A stretch of 64,000 nt of DNA from Porphyromonas sp. (GTDB lineage: Bacteria > Bacteroidota > Bacteroidia > Bacteroidales > Porphyromonadaceae), in the NCBI GenBank assembly GCA_034181285.1, contig JAXFND010000002.1:104379-168378 (forward strand), given 5' to 3'. The position numbers and the translations under genes were made by a program. Below are positions 31,028 through 40,818 of the stretch, one piece after another. Position 1 is the stretch's first letter. Each line of letters starts with the position of its first letter. Under the pieces are notes generated by a model. It was not told the origin of the DNA. It searched no databases and was given only the letters and a program-made list of their open reading frames with translations.

Positions 31028-32725
31028 ATGATGTACACCATGATAACGAACAAAAAGCTCCTGCAGGCGGTCGTGGCTGCCATAGCTCTGCTACCGGTCT
31101 CGTTGGCAGCACAGTCAGAGACGGATGCGATCCGTTACAGCAGAACTGAACTCGGAGGGTCGGCTCGTTACTCAGCCATGGCAGGTGCTATGGGGGCTGT
31201 AGGTGTTGACTACTCTTCCCTGCGACAAAATCCGGCTGGATCGGCTCTTAATCGGCGAGATTTGGTTATCTCATTTACAGCAAACTACAATCAGGACAGT
31301 TGGGATGCCACTTGGAAGGGGAATAGGAACAATCAAAAAGGAGGAGGGCTCTCTTTTGAGGAGCTATCCCTGATGTGGAAGTTTCCCTCCTTGGACGACA
31401 ACATTACTTACGCCTTCGGGGTACAAAGGGAGTGTGACTTCAATCGCAAAGTGGATATATCCGCAGCAAGTCCCGGAGCCTCTTTGGCTGACTATGTGTC
31501 CGCCATGATCAATAATATGCAGAGAAAGGGTAACCTTATACCTCACAAAAATCTCTCCAACAAAAACTTCCAAAACTCCTCCACTCCTTGGATTGGAATT
31601 CTTGGTTACGAAGGGGGATGGATAGACTCCAACGATCCAGCAGGAGGTCTGTATTTCCCTCGCTATGTCTACGATGGCAAGATAGAACTCCCCCAGTCGG
31701 CCGAGATTCAATTGCAGGAATCGGGAGAAAAGTGGCGGTACGATGCTAATTTTTCTTTTGATATTGATGACAATCTCTTCCTGGGGATAGGAGTTGACTT
31801 CCATACCTTAGTCTATCAGGCAAAGAGTAACTATACGGAGTTCTATCTACAAGATGAGAAGGACAAGAAGAAGGATTATTTGGGGCTCGATGGATTGGTA
31901 AAAGCGACCGGTTCTGGAGTTGGGTTCAATTTCGGGGTAATCTATGCACCCATCCCTGAGCTTAGATTAGGAGCCGCCTACTACTCGCCTACATGGTGGT
32001 CTATGCGACGCGAATACGTAGCCACCGGATCATCTCGTTACGGGGGAGATCGAGCTCAAACCAATTCGAAAGGGGAGATTGTCAAGACCTTGTCGATCGA
32101 AACGCCACAAGGGATGAGTGCCTATGCCTTGCGCACACCATGGAGATTCACAGCCTCTTTGGCCTCTATCCTAGGACAAAGGGCGATCTTGAGTGTAGAC
32201 TATGAGTACAGAAATCTCGGAAGCAACAGATTCGGAGACGAAGAGGATGCGTCGGATGCTTCTTACATCGGAGACAATCAAGCCATCAAAGAGGATTTTG
32301 GACATGAACATACACTACGTATCGGAGCCGAGTTTCGTGTAACAAATCGCTTTAGTTTGCGAGCTGGTGGCATGCTCCGTAACCAACCGGTGAAAAACAG
32401 TCGAATCAATGATTATACTAAAGGACAAGAACAAGAGGTTTATGTAGCGGGTACCACTCCTCACTATGTATTACCAGACAAAAGCTCCGCCCTTACTTGT
32501 GGATTTGGGTACCGCCTTTCTCCCAATTGGTCTCTTGATGTGGCTTTTTTATGGCAACAATATCGGAGCCATTTGATCACCTTCCCTTTCATCAACGATG
32601 AAGGTCCGCTACTTGATCCTAAAGTTGGAGCTTCGACGCAAGCCGAACCACGACCTACTCAACTCCCGATAGAACTTAATAGACATAAGTTCAGCTCTTC
32701 GGTAACCCTCTTGTATCGATTCTAA
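31028..32725 (+). CDS. FadL/TodX-like outer-membrane beta-barrel protein
   Basis: Signal peptide, N-terminal DAIRYSRTELGGSARYSAMAGAMGAVG...NPAG pattern, C-terminal ..VTLLYRF beta-signal. Confidence 0.55.
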   Translation: MMYTMITNKKLLQAVVAAIALLPVSLAAQSETDAIRYSRTELGGSARYSAMAGAMGAVGVDYSSLRQNPAGSALNRRDLVISFTANYNQDSWDATWKGNRNNQKGGGLSFEELSLMWKFPSLDDNITYAFGVQRECDFNRKVDISAASPGASLADYVSAMINNMQRKGNLIPHKNLSNKNFQNSSTPWIGILGYEGGWIDSNDPAGGLYFPRYVYDGKIELPQSAEIQLQESGEKWRYDANFSFDIDDNLFLGIGVDFHTLVYQAKSNYTEFYLQDEKDKKKDYLGLDGLVKATGSGVGFNFGVIYAPIPELRLGAAYYSPTWWSMRREYVATGSSRYGGDRAQTNSKGEIVKTLSIETPQGMSAYALRTPWRFTASLASILGQRAILSVDYEYRNLGSNRFGDEEDASDASYIGDNQAIKEDFGHEHTLRIGAEFRVTNRFSLRAGGMLRNQPVKNSRINDYTKGQEQEVYVAGTTPHYVLPDKSSALTCGFGYRLSPNWSLDVAFLWQQYRSHLITFPFINDEGPLLDPKVGASTQAEPRPTQLPIELNRHKFSSSVTLLYRF

Positions 32726-32753
32726 GGCGCAAGAGCCCTTCGTACAAGCAAAA

Positions 32754-32800
32754 GAGACCGGTCAGTTGGCGGTATAGTCGTTACAGCCAGGACCGGTCTC
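32754..32800 (+). terminator. Hairpin after the beta-barrel gene
   Basis: 10-bp stem GAGACCGGTC/GACCGGTCTC with a 27-nt loop, then AGTTGTTTCT. Confidence 0.35.
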
Positions 32801-32875
32801 AGTTGTTTCTGATCAATTTTCAATAAGATATTCTTAGCCGAGTGAGGATCAACTTTGCCAAAGGTCGGGATTGAT

Positions 32876-32883
32876 TAACTTTG
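32876..32883 (+). promoter_or_regulatory. -7 promoter box (TAACTTTG) for the cbi-hem operon
   Basis: Exact TAnnTTTG about 135 nt upstream of the cbiM ATG. A near copy (CAACTTTGCC) lies 25 nt upstream. Confidence 0.45.
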
Positions 32884-33018
32884 CCTTGGTATTATGATTT
32901 CACGTGCAATGATAGGATTTTGCCATCCACAATATCGTAACGGCACAATAGTAGTTGTTGAGAGGTGGAGTCGATCTACTCGCTTCACTCCAGTAAGACA
33001 AAGCATTACATCTTGATA

Positions 33019-33768
33019 ATGAAAAGAATCACGTCTCTATTTCGGATGGCCTGTATGATGGCCTTGGTAATTTTGAGTACCCAACCGGCTTCGGCGATGC
33101 ATATTATGGAAGGATATCTGCCGATGAGTTGGTGTGTGATATGGTATGTGGCCTCCCTTCCTTTTATTTTCCTGAGCTTTTTGTACCTGCGTAGGTTAGT
33201 CAAACGCTCGCCTCGTTCTCGTATCGGTTTAGGATTGGCAGGGGCCTTTGTTTTTGTTCTCTCTGCTCTCAAACTTCCTTCGGTGACAGGAAGCAGCTCA
33301 CACCTCACAGGGACAACACTCGGGACCGTGACCGTAGGCCCCATGGCGATGCCCTTATTAGGACTGATCGTCTTGCTTTTTCAAGCCCTCTTGTTGGCTC
33401 ACGGGGGGCTTTCAACTCTTGGCGCTAACATCTTTTCTTTGGCCGTAGCAGGGCCGTTCGTTGCCTATGCAATCTACACCACATTAGGCAAACTCAAGGT
33501 CAATCGAAATATAAATCTCTTCGTGGCAACCTTTTGCGGTACTATGGCTACTTACATCACAACTTCTTTCCAATTGGGCATCGTTTACCCAGATGCACAA
33601 ACTGGGATCTTGGGTGCCGCAATGAAATTCTTAGGGATCTTCGCCATAACTCAAGTTCCTCTAGCAATCCTTGAAGGGGTAATCACAGCTTTAGTGTTTT
33701 CTATCCTACTTAAACAAGGGATTGAGCCAGTCAATATGCTTATACCAGAACAGGAGAAGAACGAATGA
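33019..33768 (+). CDS. cbiM: ECF cobalt transporter substrate-capture component CbiM
   Basis: Signal peptide followed by the characteristic mature N-terminus MHIMEGYLP, multi-TM. Start moved to MKRITS. Confidence 0.85.
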   Translation: MKRITSLFRMACMMALVILSTQPASAMHIMEGYLPMSWCVIWYVASLPFIFLSFLYLRRLVKRSPRSRIGLGLAGAFVFVLSALKLPSVTGSSSHLTGTTLGTVTVGPMAMPLLGLIVLLFQALLLAHGGLSTLGANIFSLAVAGPFVAYAIYTTLGKLKVNRNINLFVATFCGTMATYITTSFQLGIVYPDAQTGILGAAMKFLGIFAITQVPLAILEGVITALVFSILLKQGIEPVNMLIPEQEKNE

Positions 33769-34049
33769 GACATACAGCTAATAAAGTTATATTGGGATTT
33801 TTAGCTCTGTTGGCCTTATCTGTGCCTATTGTAGGGATATTTGTGGACTTCGGAAGCGGTACAGATGATGCTGCAGGAGAAATGATTTGGGAAATAGCAC
33901 CAAGCTACCAACCAGCCGAGCGAAACTTCGGGCTATCTCCAAGTGAAGATGTGGAGCCCTGGCTCTTCGTTCTCCAGATAGTGATTGGCCTTGTGGTATT
34001 CGCTGTTGCACTGTATGCGTTGAAAAGAAGTCGTAAAAAGCGGGGTTAG
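33765..34049 (+). CDS. cbiN: Cobalt transport protein CbiN
   Basis: 94 aa, two TM helices, GTDDAAGE..PSYQP..EPWLFVLQ pattern, ATGA overlap with cbiM. Confidence 0.7.
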   Translation: MRHTANKVILGFLALLALSVPIVGIFVDFGSGTDDAAGEMIWEIAPSYQPAERNFGLSPSEDVEPWLFVLQIVIGLVVFAVALYALKRSRKKRG

Positions 34050-34064
34050 TTTCCGATAAGCAGT

Positions 34065-36167
34065 ATGCAAGGCGAAGCATCTCACACTCTTTCTTCCAAG
34101 AAGTTCGTATATTTCTTAGCTCTCTGTATTATCTTGTTAATCGGAGTCCTGTTATCGCCTTCTATCTTGGTGTTGATGGTTATATCCATTGGCATATATG
34201 GTTTTTTACTTTGGAAGAAAAGTGATGAGCTGAAGAAGTTAAAACATACGATCTCGGTAGCATTGGTCTTCATATTGTTCGGTGCTCTACCACTGTTGCT
34301 AGAGCGTGTGGATGCAAACAGCCAAGCATATATCTCCTACTGGAAATGGGGTATTACTCCCTCTTCTCTGCAAACAGCTCTTTTGGTCGGCAGCCGCTGC
34401 TTCGCCTCTTTTAGTGTCCTTCTGGTTATCATGATCTACGTTCCTATTTACTCATTAGCCACCCAAATGAGAAGTATTGGCATCCCGACACTTTTTGTCG
34501 ATCTATTCGAATTGGTATACCGCTACACACACGTGCTCTCGGAAACTGCGGATCGTGTCCGAACAGCCCAAATAGCACGTTTAGGATATGGCTCGTGGCA
34601 CAACAAAGTGCAGCACTCGGCTCAACTCGTTGGTCAGACACTGGTTCTGGCATACGATGAAGCCGATAAAATGTACAATGGTCTACTCTCTCGTGGTTTT
34701 GACGAACAACTCGGCAACTTAACAGACAAAACCACTCCTAATTACGATCCCTCCGCTCCTATCATTCGCCTTGAGAAAATCTATTGTGGCTACAATCGCA
34801 GCAAGACGATCCTCAAAAATCTTGACCTCAGCATCAATAAGGGGCAGAAACTCGTAATTCTTGGGAGTAACGGGGCTGGGAAATCGACACTATTCCTCCT
34901 TCTCGGTGGCATACTCAAGCCTACAATTGGGAGTTTCCAACTAGGAGAAACAAAGCTTGACCTCTCCTCTGCTTCTCTTACCCTCCTGCGCAGAGAGGTT
35001 GCCCTAGTTTTCCAAAATTCTAACCACCAGCTTTTTACTCCAACGGTAGAAGACGAAATCGCTTTTGGTCTCAAAAACATCGGAATGCATGGAGATGAGT
35101 TAAGAGAGCGTGTGGAGCGACAGCTTGAGCAATTCGGTCTTAAGGATAAGCGACATACTCCCCCTCACCAACTTAGTGATGGGCAAAAGAAATGGGTGGC
35201 AATGGCCGCCGTATTGGCGACTGATCCTTCCATTATCATTTTAGACGAACCAACCTCAAACCTGGACTGCTACTATAGTCGCAAGGTTATAGAACTGACG
35301 GAAGATCTGAGCAACAGAGGAAAGACGGTCATACTCTCTACTCATGACATGGATCTGGCTTTCGACTGGGCAGATAGAGCTGTGGTGATACAAAAGGGAG
35401 AAATCCTTGGTGATGGTACTCCCTTGGAAATATTTTCGGATACAGAACTACTACAAAAAGCACATTTGAACAGACCTCGACTACTTCAAACCAGAAATTC
35501 TAAACAAATAGATAGTATTCTTCCTTCGACAAACTCACATCCGACAACAATTCCACTCAGACGGTTGCCCGAAACAAAGGCTTACTTCCCTCTCTTTCTC
35601 CACAGTAAGGCTATCAGAGCCCTTGTGGTGGGAGGGGGACGCGGAGCTGCAATAAAGGCTTTCTCTCTCTCGAACTCAGGAGTACAAACTACTCTAATCG
35701 CTCCTCAGAACGAAGAGAGTATGCAGAAGCTTTCGAGAGTAGATCTATTAAACATCGAGAAGCGTGAGTTCAAGGCTGGAGACACAACTGGATATCAGTT
35801 GGTAGTCGCAGCCACAGGGAGTTTGTCGAAGGACAGAGAGATATGTTCTGAAGCAGCTTCTCATTCGGCTCTTTACGCCCTCCTAAGCGATCCACAAAAT
35901 AGTTTGTGTCAATTTGCAGCCACAGGACGCAAAAATGGCGTCGAAGTAGCCGTCCATAGTACATATCGACTACCCAGGCTTTCCGTGATACTGCGTGATA
36001 AATTCATGTCCTCTCTTCCCTCTTTCTCAGAACAAGACTTGGCTGAGCTCAAGCGACTTCGGGAAGATTGGGTCGAGAATAGAACCTCACATCCGTCTAA
36101 GGCGACTTTGTACGAACAGGCCTATGACAATCGATTGAAAAGACTCTTAGACAATGCCACACCATGA
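34065..36167 (+). CDS. Triple fusion of CbiQ (ECF T component), CbiO (ABC ATPase) and SirC/CysG-N-like precorrin-2 dehydrogenase
   Basis: TM region with YRYTHVLSETADRVRTAQIARLG. Walker A GSNGAGKST, LSDGQKKW, ILDEPTSNLD. C-terminal YFPLFLHSKAIRALVVGGGRGAAIK...LIAPQ...VVAATG. Confidence 0.8.
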   Translation: MQGEASHTLSSKKFVYFLALCIILLIGVLLSPSILVLMVISIGIYGFLLWKKSDELKKLKHTISVALVFILFGALPLLLERVDANSQAYISYWKWGITPSSLQTALLVGSRCFASFSVLLVIMIYVPIYSLATQMRSIGIPTLFVDLFELVYRYTHVLSETADRVRTAQIARLGYGSWHNKVQHSAQLVGQTLVLAYDEADKMYNGLLSRGFDEQLGNLTDKTTPNYDPSAPIIRLEKIYCGYNRSKTILKNLDLSINKGQKLVILGSNGAGKSTLFLLLGGILKPTIGSFQLGETKLDLSSASLTLLRREVALVFQNSNHQLFTPTVEDEIAFGLKNIGMHGDELRERVERQLEQFGLKDKRHTPPHQLSDGQKKWVAMAAVLATDPSIIILDEPTSNLDCYYSRKVIELTEDLSNRGKTVILSTHDMDLAFDWADRAVVIQKGEILGDGTPLEIFSDTELLQKAHLNRPRLLQTRNSKQIDSILPSTNSHPTTIPLRRLPETKAYFPLFLHSKAIRALVVGGGRGAAIKAFSLSNSGVQTTLIAPQNEESMQKLSRVDLLNIEKREFKAGDTTGYQLVVAATGSLSKDREICSEAASHSALYALLSDPQNSLCQFAATGRKNGVEVAVHSTYRLPRLSVILRDKFMSSLPSFSEQDLAELKRLREDWVENRTSHPSKATLYEQAYDNRLKRLLDNATP

Positions 36168-37405
36168 TCGGATTAATTGGAATCAATCATAATACAGCTC
36201 CGGTAGAAGTACGACAGCAATTTGCCCTATCTGCTCCCGAAGCCTCATCTTTCGTCGAAGGCTTGGTACAAGCAGGGCATGTCCTTGGTGCAGTTGTACT
36301 CTCCACGTGCAATCGCATTGAGGTATATTTCGAGCACGAAGCTGACAACACTTCTGTCTCTCGTACCGTAGCAAACCGGCTCCGAACATTCAAGAAAGTA
36401 AGAGACGCAATAGAGCCACATCTATACGACTACCATTCTAGAGATGCGATGTCACATCTATTTCGCTTAGCGTCCGGGTTGGAGTCCATGGTAATAGGGG
36501 AAACACAGATACTAGGGCAGCTAAAAGATGCTTTCCGTCGAGCTAATGACAACAATCAAAGTACATCTACCCTCTCGAGACTCTTTCACAAGGCTTTTGA
36601 GACAGCCAAGCTTATTCGTACAAGGTTTATTGTCTCCTCAACTCCTATCTCGGCAGGTGCAACGGCTGTACGCATGATGGACAGCTTAGATGGTGTCTCG
36701 CGAGATATGCCTGTTCTGATTTTGGGTGCGGGACAAATGGCTGAGACGATCTTTGAAGCTTTGACAGAATTGGGTTACACATCTATAAGCATGTATAACC
36801 GCACCCGAGAGCGTGCGGCCAAAATGGCATCTTTGCGTGGGATCGCCTACTATTGTGAGGGAGAATTGTGCAAAGCATTAGCCTCTTCTCGACTGATCTA
36901 TGTAGCAACATCTTCACTGACTCCTATTGTAAGCAAGAATGAGATACCTACTTCCAAAGAGGATGTGTTTCTCTTCGACATGAGCGTGCCTTGCAACATT
37001 GATCCAAATGTGAAAGAGCTCTCGTACGCAAAGGTCTTTACGATAGATGACCTCAAAGAAAATGGAAATACAGAGACGTCCTTAGATTTTGATCAAATCG
37101 AACGCTGTATCCAGCTTAAGGTAGATGAATTCGCGGCATGGGTCGAAGCGTCTCAGCTTAGACAAATCATAGGAAGGGTACAGGAGGTCAGCAAGATAAT
37201 TCTGCAAAAAGAACTCTCTTTTCTCTCCCCCCTTTTGCAACCACAAGTCCGAAGCGTAATTGAGGAACACAACGAGCACTTTCGCATCACTGCATCTACT
37301 GCTATAGTTACGGCCCTCAAGGATATTACAGACGGCGGTCGCAACATGAAATATGCCGATGCCATCAATGCCCTTTGCCAAGCAATAGAGGAAAAAGAGA
37401 GATGA
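36164..37405 (+). CDS. hemA: Glutamyl-tRNA reductase
   Basis: Active-site VLSTCNRIEVY, NADPH domain ILGAGQMAE, overlaps the upstream stop. Confidence 0.9.
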   Translation: MIGLIGINHNTAPVEVRQQFALSAPEASSFVEGLVQAGHVLGAVVLSTCNRIEVYFEHEADNTSVSRTVANRLRTFKKVRDAIEPHLYDYHSRDAMSHLFRLASGLESMVIGETQILGQLKDAFRRANDNNQSTSTLSRLFHKAFETAKLIRTRFIVSSTPISAGATAVRMMDSLDGVSRDMPVLILGAGQMAETIFEALTELGYTSISMYNRTRERAAKMASLRGIAYYCEGELCKALASSRLIYVATSSLTPIVSKNEIPTSKEDVFLFDMSVPCNIDPNVKELSYAKVFTIDDLKENGNTETSLDFDQIERCIQLKVDEFAAWVEASQLRQIIGRVQEVSKIILQKELSFLSPLLQPQVRSVIEEHNEHFRITASTAIVTALKDITDGGRNMKYADAINALCQAIEEKER

Positions 37406-38292
37406 AAAACCGCATTGTCATTGGCACCCGCGGGAGTCGCCTAGCACTTAAGCAAACTGAAATAGTTGCGGAAGCTCTGGTGAAAGTCTTCCCTGAAATA
37501 AGCCCGGAAATTTGTGTTATTTCAACCCAAGGAGATAGAGACTTGAAAATCTCTCTTAGTGGGCGATTAACCAAGGGGCTTTTCACAGAAGAGATCGAAA
37601 GGGAACTTCTCAGTGGAAAGATAGATATTGCTGTACATAGTCTTAAAGATTTACCAACGCAGTCCACACCTGGGATTGTCATTGGGGCCTATCTTCAACG
37701 GGCGATGGTGGAAGATGTGTGGATAGGCCATATACCATTGGATGAGCTACCGCCTAATAGTGTTGTTGGGACTTCCAGCCCAAGGCGGGAAGCCCAACTC
37801 TTGCGTATGTACCCTCATCTGTTGATTAAAGAGATCAGAGGAAACGTGGAGACTCGAATTGAAAAGGTCAAAAGAGGGGAATACGCGGGTATCCTGATGG
37901 CCCGCGCAGGAATGATTCGATTGGGTATGGAAGATCAAATTACACAAGTATTACCGACATCGGTTATTGTTCCAGCTCCTGGACAGGCAGCCATTGCTGT
38001 GCATAGGAGAGAAGATGATGACCAGATTGCCTCCTTACTCGATACAATCAATCACATTCCCACACAAAAAGAAGTGCTTACCGAACGATATATCCTATCC
38101 TCTATGGGAGGTGGATGTGCCATCCCTCTTGGTTGTTGCTGCAGCTATGATGAGAAAGAAAATGACTACACCGTGGAAGCTTTTTATCAAAGACAAAAAC
38201 ATGGCCATTCGATCTATCTCAAACATACTTTCCCCGAAAACGAATACCAACAGGGTATCTCCCATATCACAGGCCAACTCAACGAGCTATAA
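37402..38292 (+). CDS. hemC: Hydroxymethylbilane synthase (porphobilinogen deaminase)
   Basis: IGTRGSRLALKQTE start and ATGA overlap with hemA. Start moved to MKNRIVIG. Confidence 0.9.
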   Translation: MKNRIVIGTRGSRLALKQTEIVAEALVKVFPEISPEICVISTQGDRDLKISLSGRLTKGLFTEEIERELLSGKIDIAVHSLKDLPTQSTPGIVIGAYLQRAMVEDVWIGHIPLDELPPNSVVGTSSPRREAQLLRMYPHLLIKEIRGNVETRIEKVKRGEYAGILMARAGMIRLGMEDQITQVLPTSVIVPAPGQAAIAVHRREDDDQIASLLDTINHIPTQKEVLTERYILSSMGGGCAIPLGCCCSYDEKENDYTVEAFYQRQKHGHSIYLKHTFPENEYQQGISHITGQLNEL

Positions 38293-38297
38293 CCACA

Positions 38298-39818
38298 ATG
38301 ATACAGCAAGGCAAAGTGTACCTCGTAGGTGCAGGACCCGGAGATCCCGATCTTATTACCTTGAAAGCCGCTCAGCTATTGACAGAGGCGGATGTAGTGG
38401 TTTATGATGCGTTGTCGAATGATTCTCTCCTTGGTCTGTGCAAGGCCACAGCTGAAAAGGTCTTCGTGGGTAAACGCATCGGGCGACATTCATATGCCCA
38501 AGAGGAGATCAACCAAATCTTAGTAGTCCAAGCACAAAAAGGGCGGAGCGTCGTGCGGCTCAAGGGAGGAGACCCTTTTGTCTTTGGGAGAGGAGGGGAA
38601 GAAATGCTGGCTCTACACAGAGAAGGACTCCCCTATGAAGTTGTCCCGGGTGTTACTGCTGGTATAGCAGTACCCGCCTATGCAGGGATACCAGTGTCAC
38701 ACCGTGGGGTATCGACGTCCATCATTTTCATTACAGCTACTACCAAGGAGCACCAGACTCCTGATATAGATTGGGATGCCCTCGCTCGAATGGGTGGGAC
38801 AATTGTTTTCTATATGGGAACCCAAGTGGCTCCGCTTATCAGCCAAAAGCTCATTGAAGCCGGACTAAAACGAGATACGCCCATGTGCATCATTAGTGAT
38901 GGAACACTCCCCACTCAGCGTATCATCAAAGCAAGTGTGGCAGATTTCACACTAGACTACACCGACTATGAAAGCCTTTCTCCTGGGCTGGTTGTAATCG
39001 GGGAGGTAGTAGCCTTTGCAGAACAATACGCTTGGCGGTTATCCAAGCCTTTGACTGGCAAGAATATCCTTGTTACACGCTCCCTGGCGCAATCCTCCAG
39101 ATTAGCCGAGCAATTGATACAAGAAGGAGCAAGCGTTACAACTCTGCCAACGATTGAAATTATACCTTGCAAAAATCTTTCTGAACTGAGCGAAGAAATT
39201 CAGCACATAACCAACTATCGGTGGATTGTATTCACCTCAACCAATGGGGTGGAAATCTTTTTTACTAAGCTTCGTACAATGGGATTGGATCTACGCAAAC
39301 TACATCAGCTCAAGTTTGGAGCCGTAGGTAAGGCTACTGCAGCGGCTCTACGCAAGGAGGGGATTCTTGCTGATTTTGTACCACTAAGACATAGTGGAGT
39401 TGACTTTGCAGAAGAATTCATAAGCAAACAGCCGGATCTGCGAGGTTTGCGTATTCTCATTGCCGGGTCAACTCTATCTTCCGGAGCTTTACCTCAACTA
39501 TTGGGACAGGCAGGGGCGATGTGTCGTTTTGTAGCGATATACGACAATCGTCCCATCACATACAGCAAGGAGCAGATCGACTCCCTGACAACAAGGCCTA
39601 TTGACTACATCACATTTTGCAGTTCTTCAGCTGTAGAAAACTTCTACCATATGGTCGAGCAATATAGATTGCAAGATTGGGTGAAAGGGATACGCAAAGT
39701 CTCCATCGGGCCTATGACATCAGCCTCAGTGGCTAAATATGACCAGGGCAATCTTCTACAAGCATCGCAAGCCAGTATACCGGCTTTGGTACAGGCAATC
39801 ATAACAGACAACAACTAA
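38298..39818 (+). CDS. Uroporphyrinogen-III C-methyltransferase / uroporphyrinogen-III synthase fusion
   Basis: N-terminal [20 protein letters not shown] (CobA/SUMT) and a HemD-like C-terminal half from about [11 protein letters not shown]. Confidence 0.85.
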   Translation: MIQQGKVYLVGAGPGDPDLITLKAAQLLTEADVVVYDALSNDSLLGLCKATAEKVFVGKRIGRHSYAQEEINQILVVQAQKGRSVVRLKGGDPFVFGRGGEEMLALHREGLPYEVVPGVTAGIAVPAYAGIPVSHRGVSTSIIFITATTKEHQTPDIDWDALARMGGTIVFYMGTQVAPLISQKLIEAGLKRDTPMCIISDGTLPTQRIIKASVADFTLDYTDYESLSPGLVVIGEVVAFAEQYAWRLSKPLTGKNILVTRSLAQSSRLAEQLIQEGASVTTLPTIEIIPCKNLSELSEEIQHITNYRWIVFTSTNGVEIFFTKLRTMGLDLRKLHQLKFGAVGKATAAALRKEGILADFVPLRHSGVDFAEEFISKQPDLRGLRILIAGSTLSSGALPQLLGQAGAMCRFVAIYDNRPITYSKEQIDSLTTRPIDYITFCSSSAVENFYHMVEQYRLQDWVKGIRKVSIGPMTSASVAKYDQGNLLQASQASIPALVQAIITDNN

Positions 39819-39834
39819 TCATACAACATCTACC

Positions 39835-40818
39835 ATGTTTCCACAGACCAGACTTCGTAGACTAAGAAGCTCAGTCCAAATGCGAGCATTGGTGCGTGAA
39901 ACAGCCATTGCACCGAGTGATTTCATAGCCCCCTTATTTGTCGTACACGGCCAAAACATTAAGGAAGAAATATCGGCCATGCCGAATCAGTATCGCTTCT
40001 CCATAGATAAGGTGGTGGATGAGTGCCGCGAGCTGGATGCCGAGGGTGTCTCTGGCGTAATGCTCTTCGGGATACCTGCGCACAAAGACTCGACCGGATC
40101 CGAAGCCTACAACAGCGATGGCATCGTACAGCAAGCTATCAGAGCTATCAAGGCCGAGCTTCCCCACTTCCTGGTGATTGCAGACATCTGCATGTGCGAA
40201 TATACAGACCATGGACACTGCGGTATCATACATGACCATGATGTGGACAATGATGCCACACTCGAGTATCTATCAAAGCAAGCTGTATCTCTGGCCAGTG
40301 CTGGGGTGGACATGGTGGCTCCTTCTGATATGATGGATGGACGCATCGCAGCAATGCGCCAAGCATTGGACAAGGCCGGCTACACCAATTTGCCTATCAT
40401 GGCTTACTCAGCCAAGTTCAGTAGTGCGTTCTATGGTCCGTTTCGCGAGGCCGCAGACTCTGCGCCTTCTTTTGGAGACAGACGCTCCTATCAAATGGAT
40501 CCGGCTAATACCGATGAGGCGATACGTGAAATACGTGCAGACATTGAGGAAGGAGCGGATATCGTAATGGTAAAGCCTGCTCTACCCTACCTGGACATCA
40601 TTCGTCGAGCTACTGATCTTTTTGATCTCCCGATGGCAGCGTACAATGTCAGTGGCGAATATGCAATGGTCAAGGCAGCAGCAGCCAATGGATGGATTGA
40701 CGAAGAACGTATCATTCTTGAATCCCTTCTAAGCATCCGGAGAGCGGGAGCCAAAATTATCATTACTTACTTCGCCAAGGAAGCAGCGAGGTTGCTGAAC
40801 AATAGATCGACAAGATGA
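39835..40818 (+). CDS. hemB: Porphobilinogen synthase (ALA dehydratase)
   Basis: [12 protein letters not shown] metal site, [18 protein letters not shown] active-site Lys. Confidence 0.9.
   Translation: MFPQTRLRRLRSSVQMRALVRETAIAPSDFIAPLFVVHGQNIKEEISAMPNQYRFSIDKVVDECRELDAEGVSGVMLFGIPAHKDSTGSEAYNSDGIVQQAIRAIKAELPHFLVIADICMCEYTDHGHCGIIHDHDVDNDATLEYLSKQAVSLASAGVDMVAPSDMMDGRIAAMRQALDKAGYTNLPIMAYSAKFSSAFYGPFREAADSAPSFGDRRSYQMDPANTDEAIREIRADIEEGADIVMVKPALPYLDIIRRATDLFDLPMAAYNVSGEYAMVKAAAANGWIDEERIILESLLSIRRAGAKIIITYFAKEAARLLNNRSTR

Noticed and set aside
32884-33018. Possible cobalamin (or NiCo) riboswitch in the cbiM 5' leader
   Set aside because: The context is right for one. However, the ~135-nt leader is short for a cobalamin riboswitch, and I could not find a B12-box-like element (GCCACTG-type) or the conserved core. 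This needs an Infernal scan before any claim.
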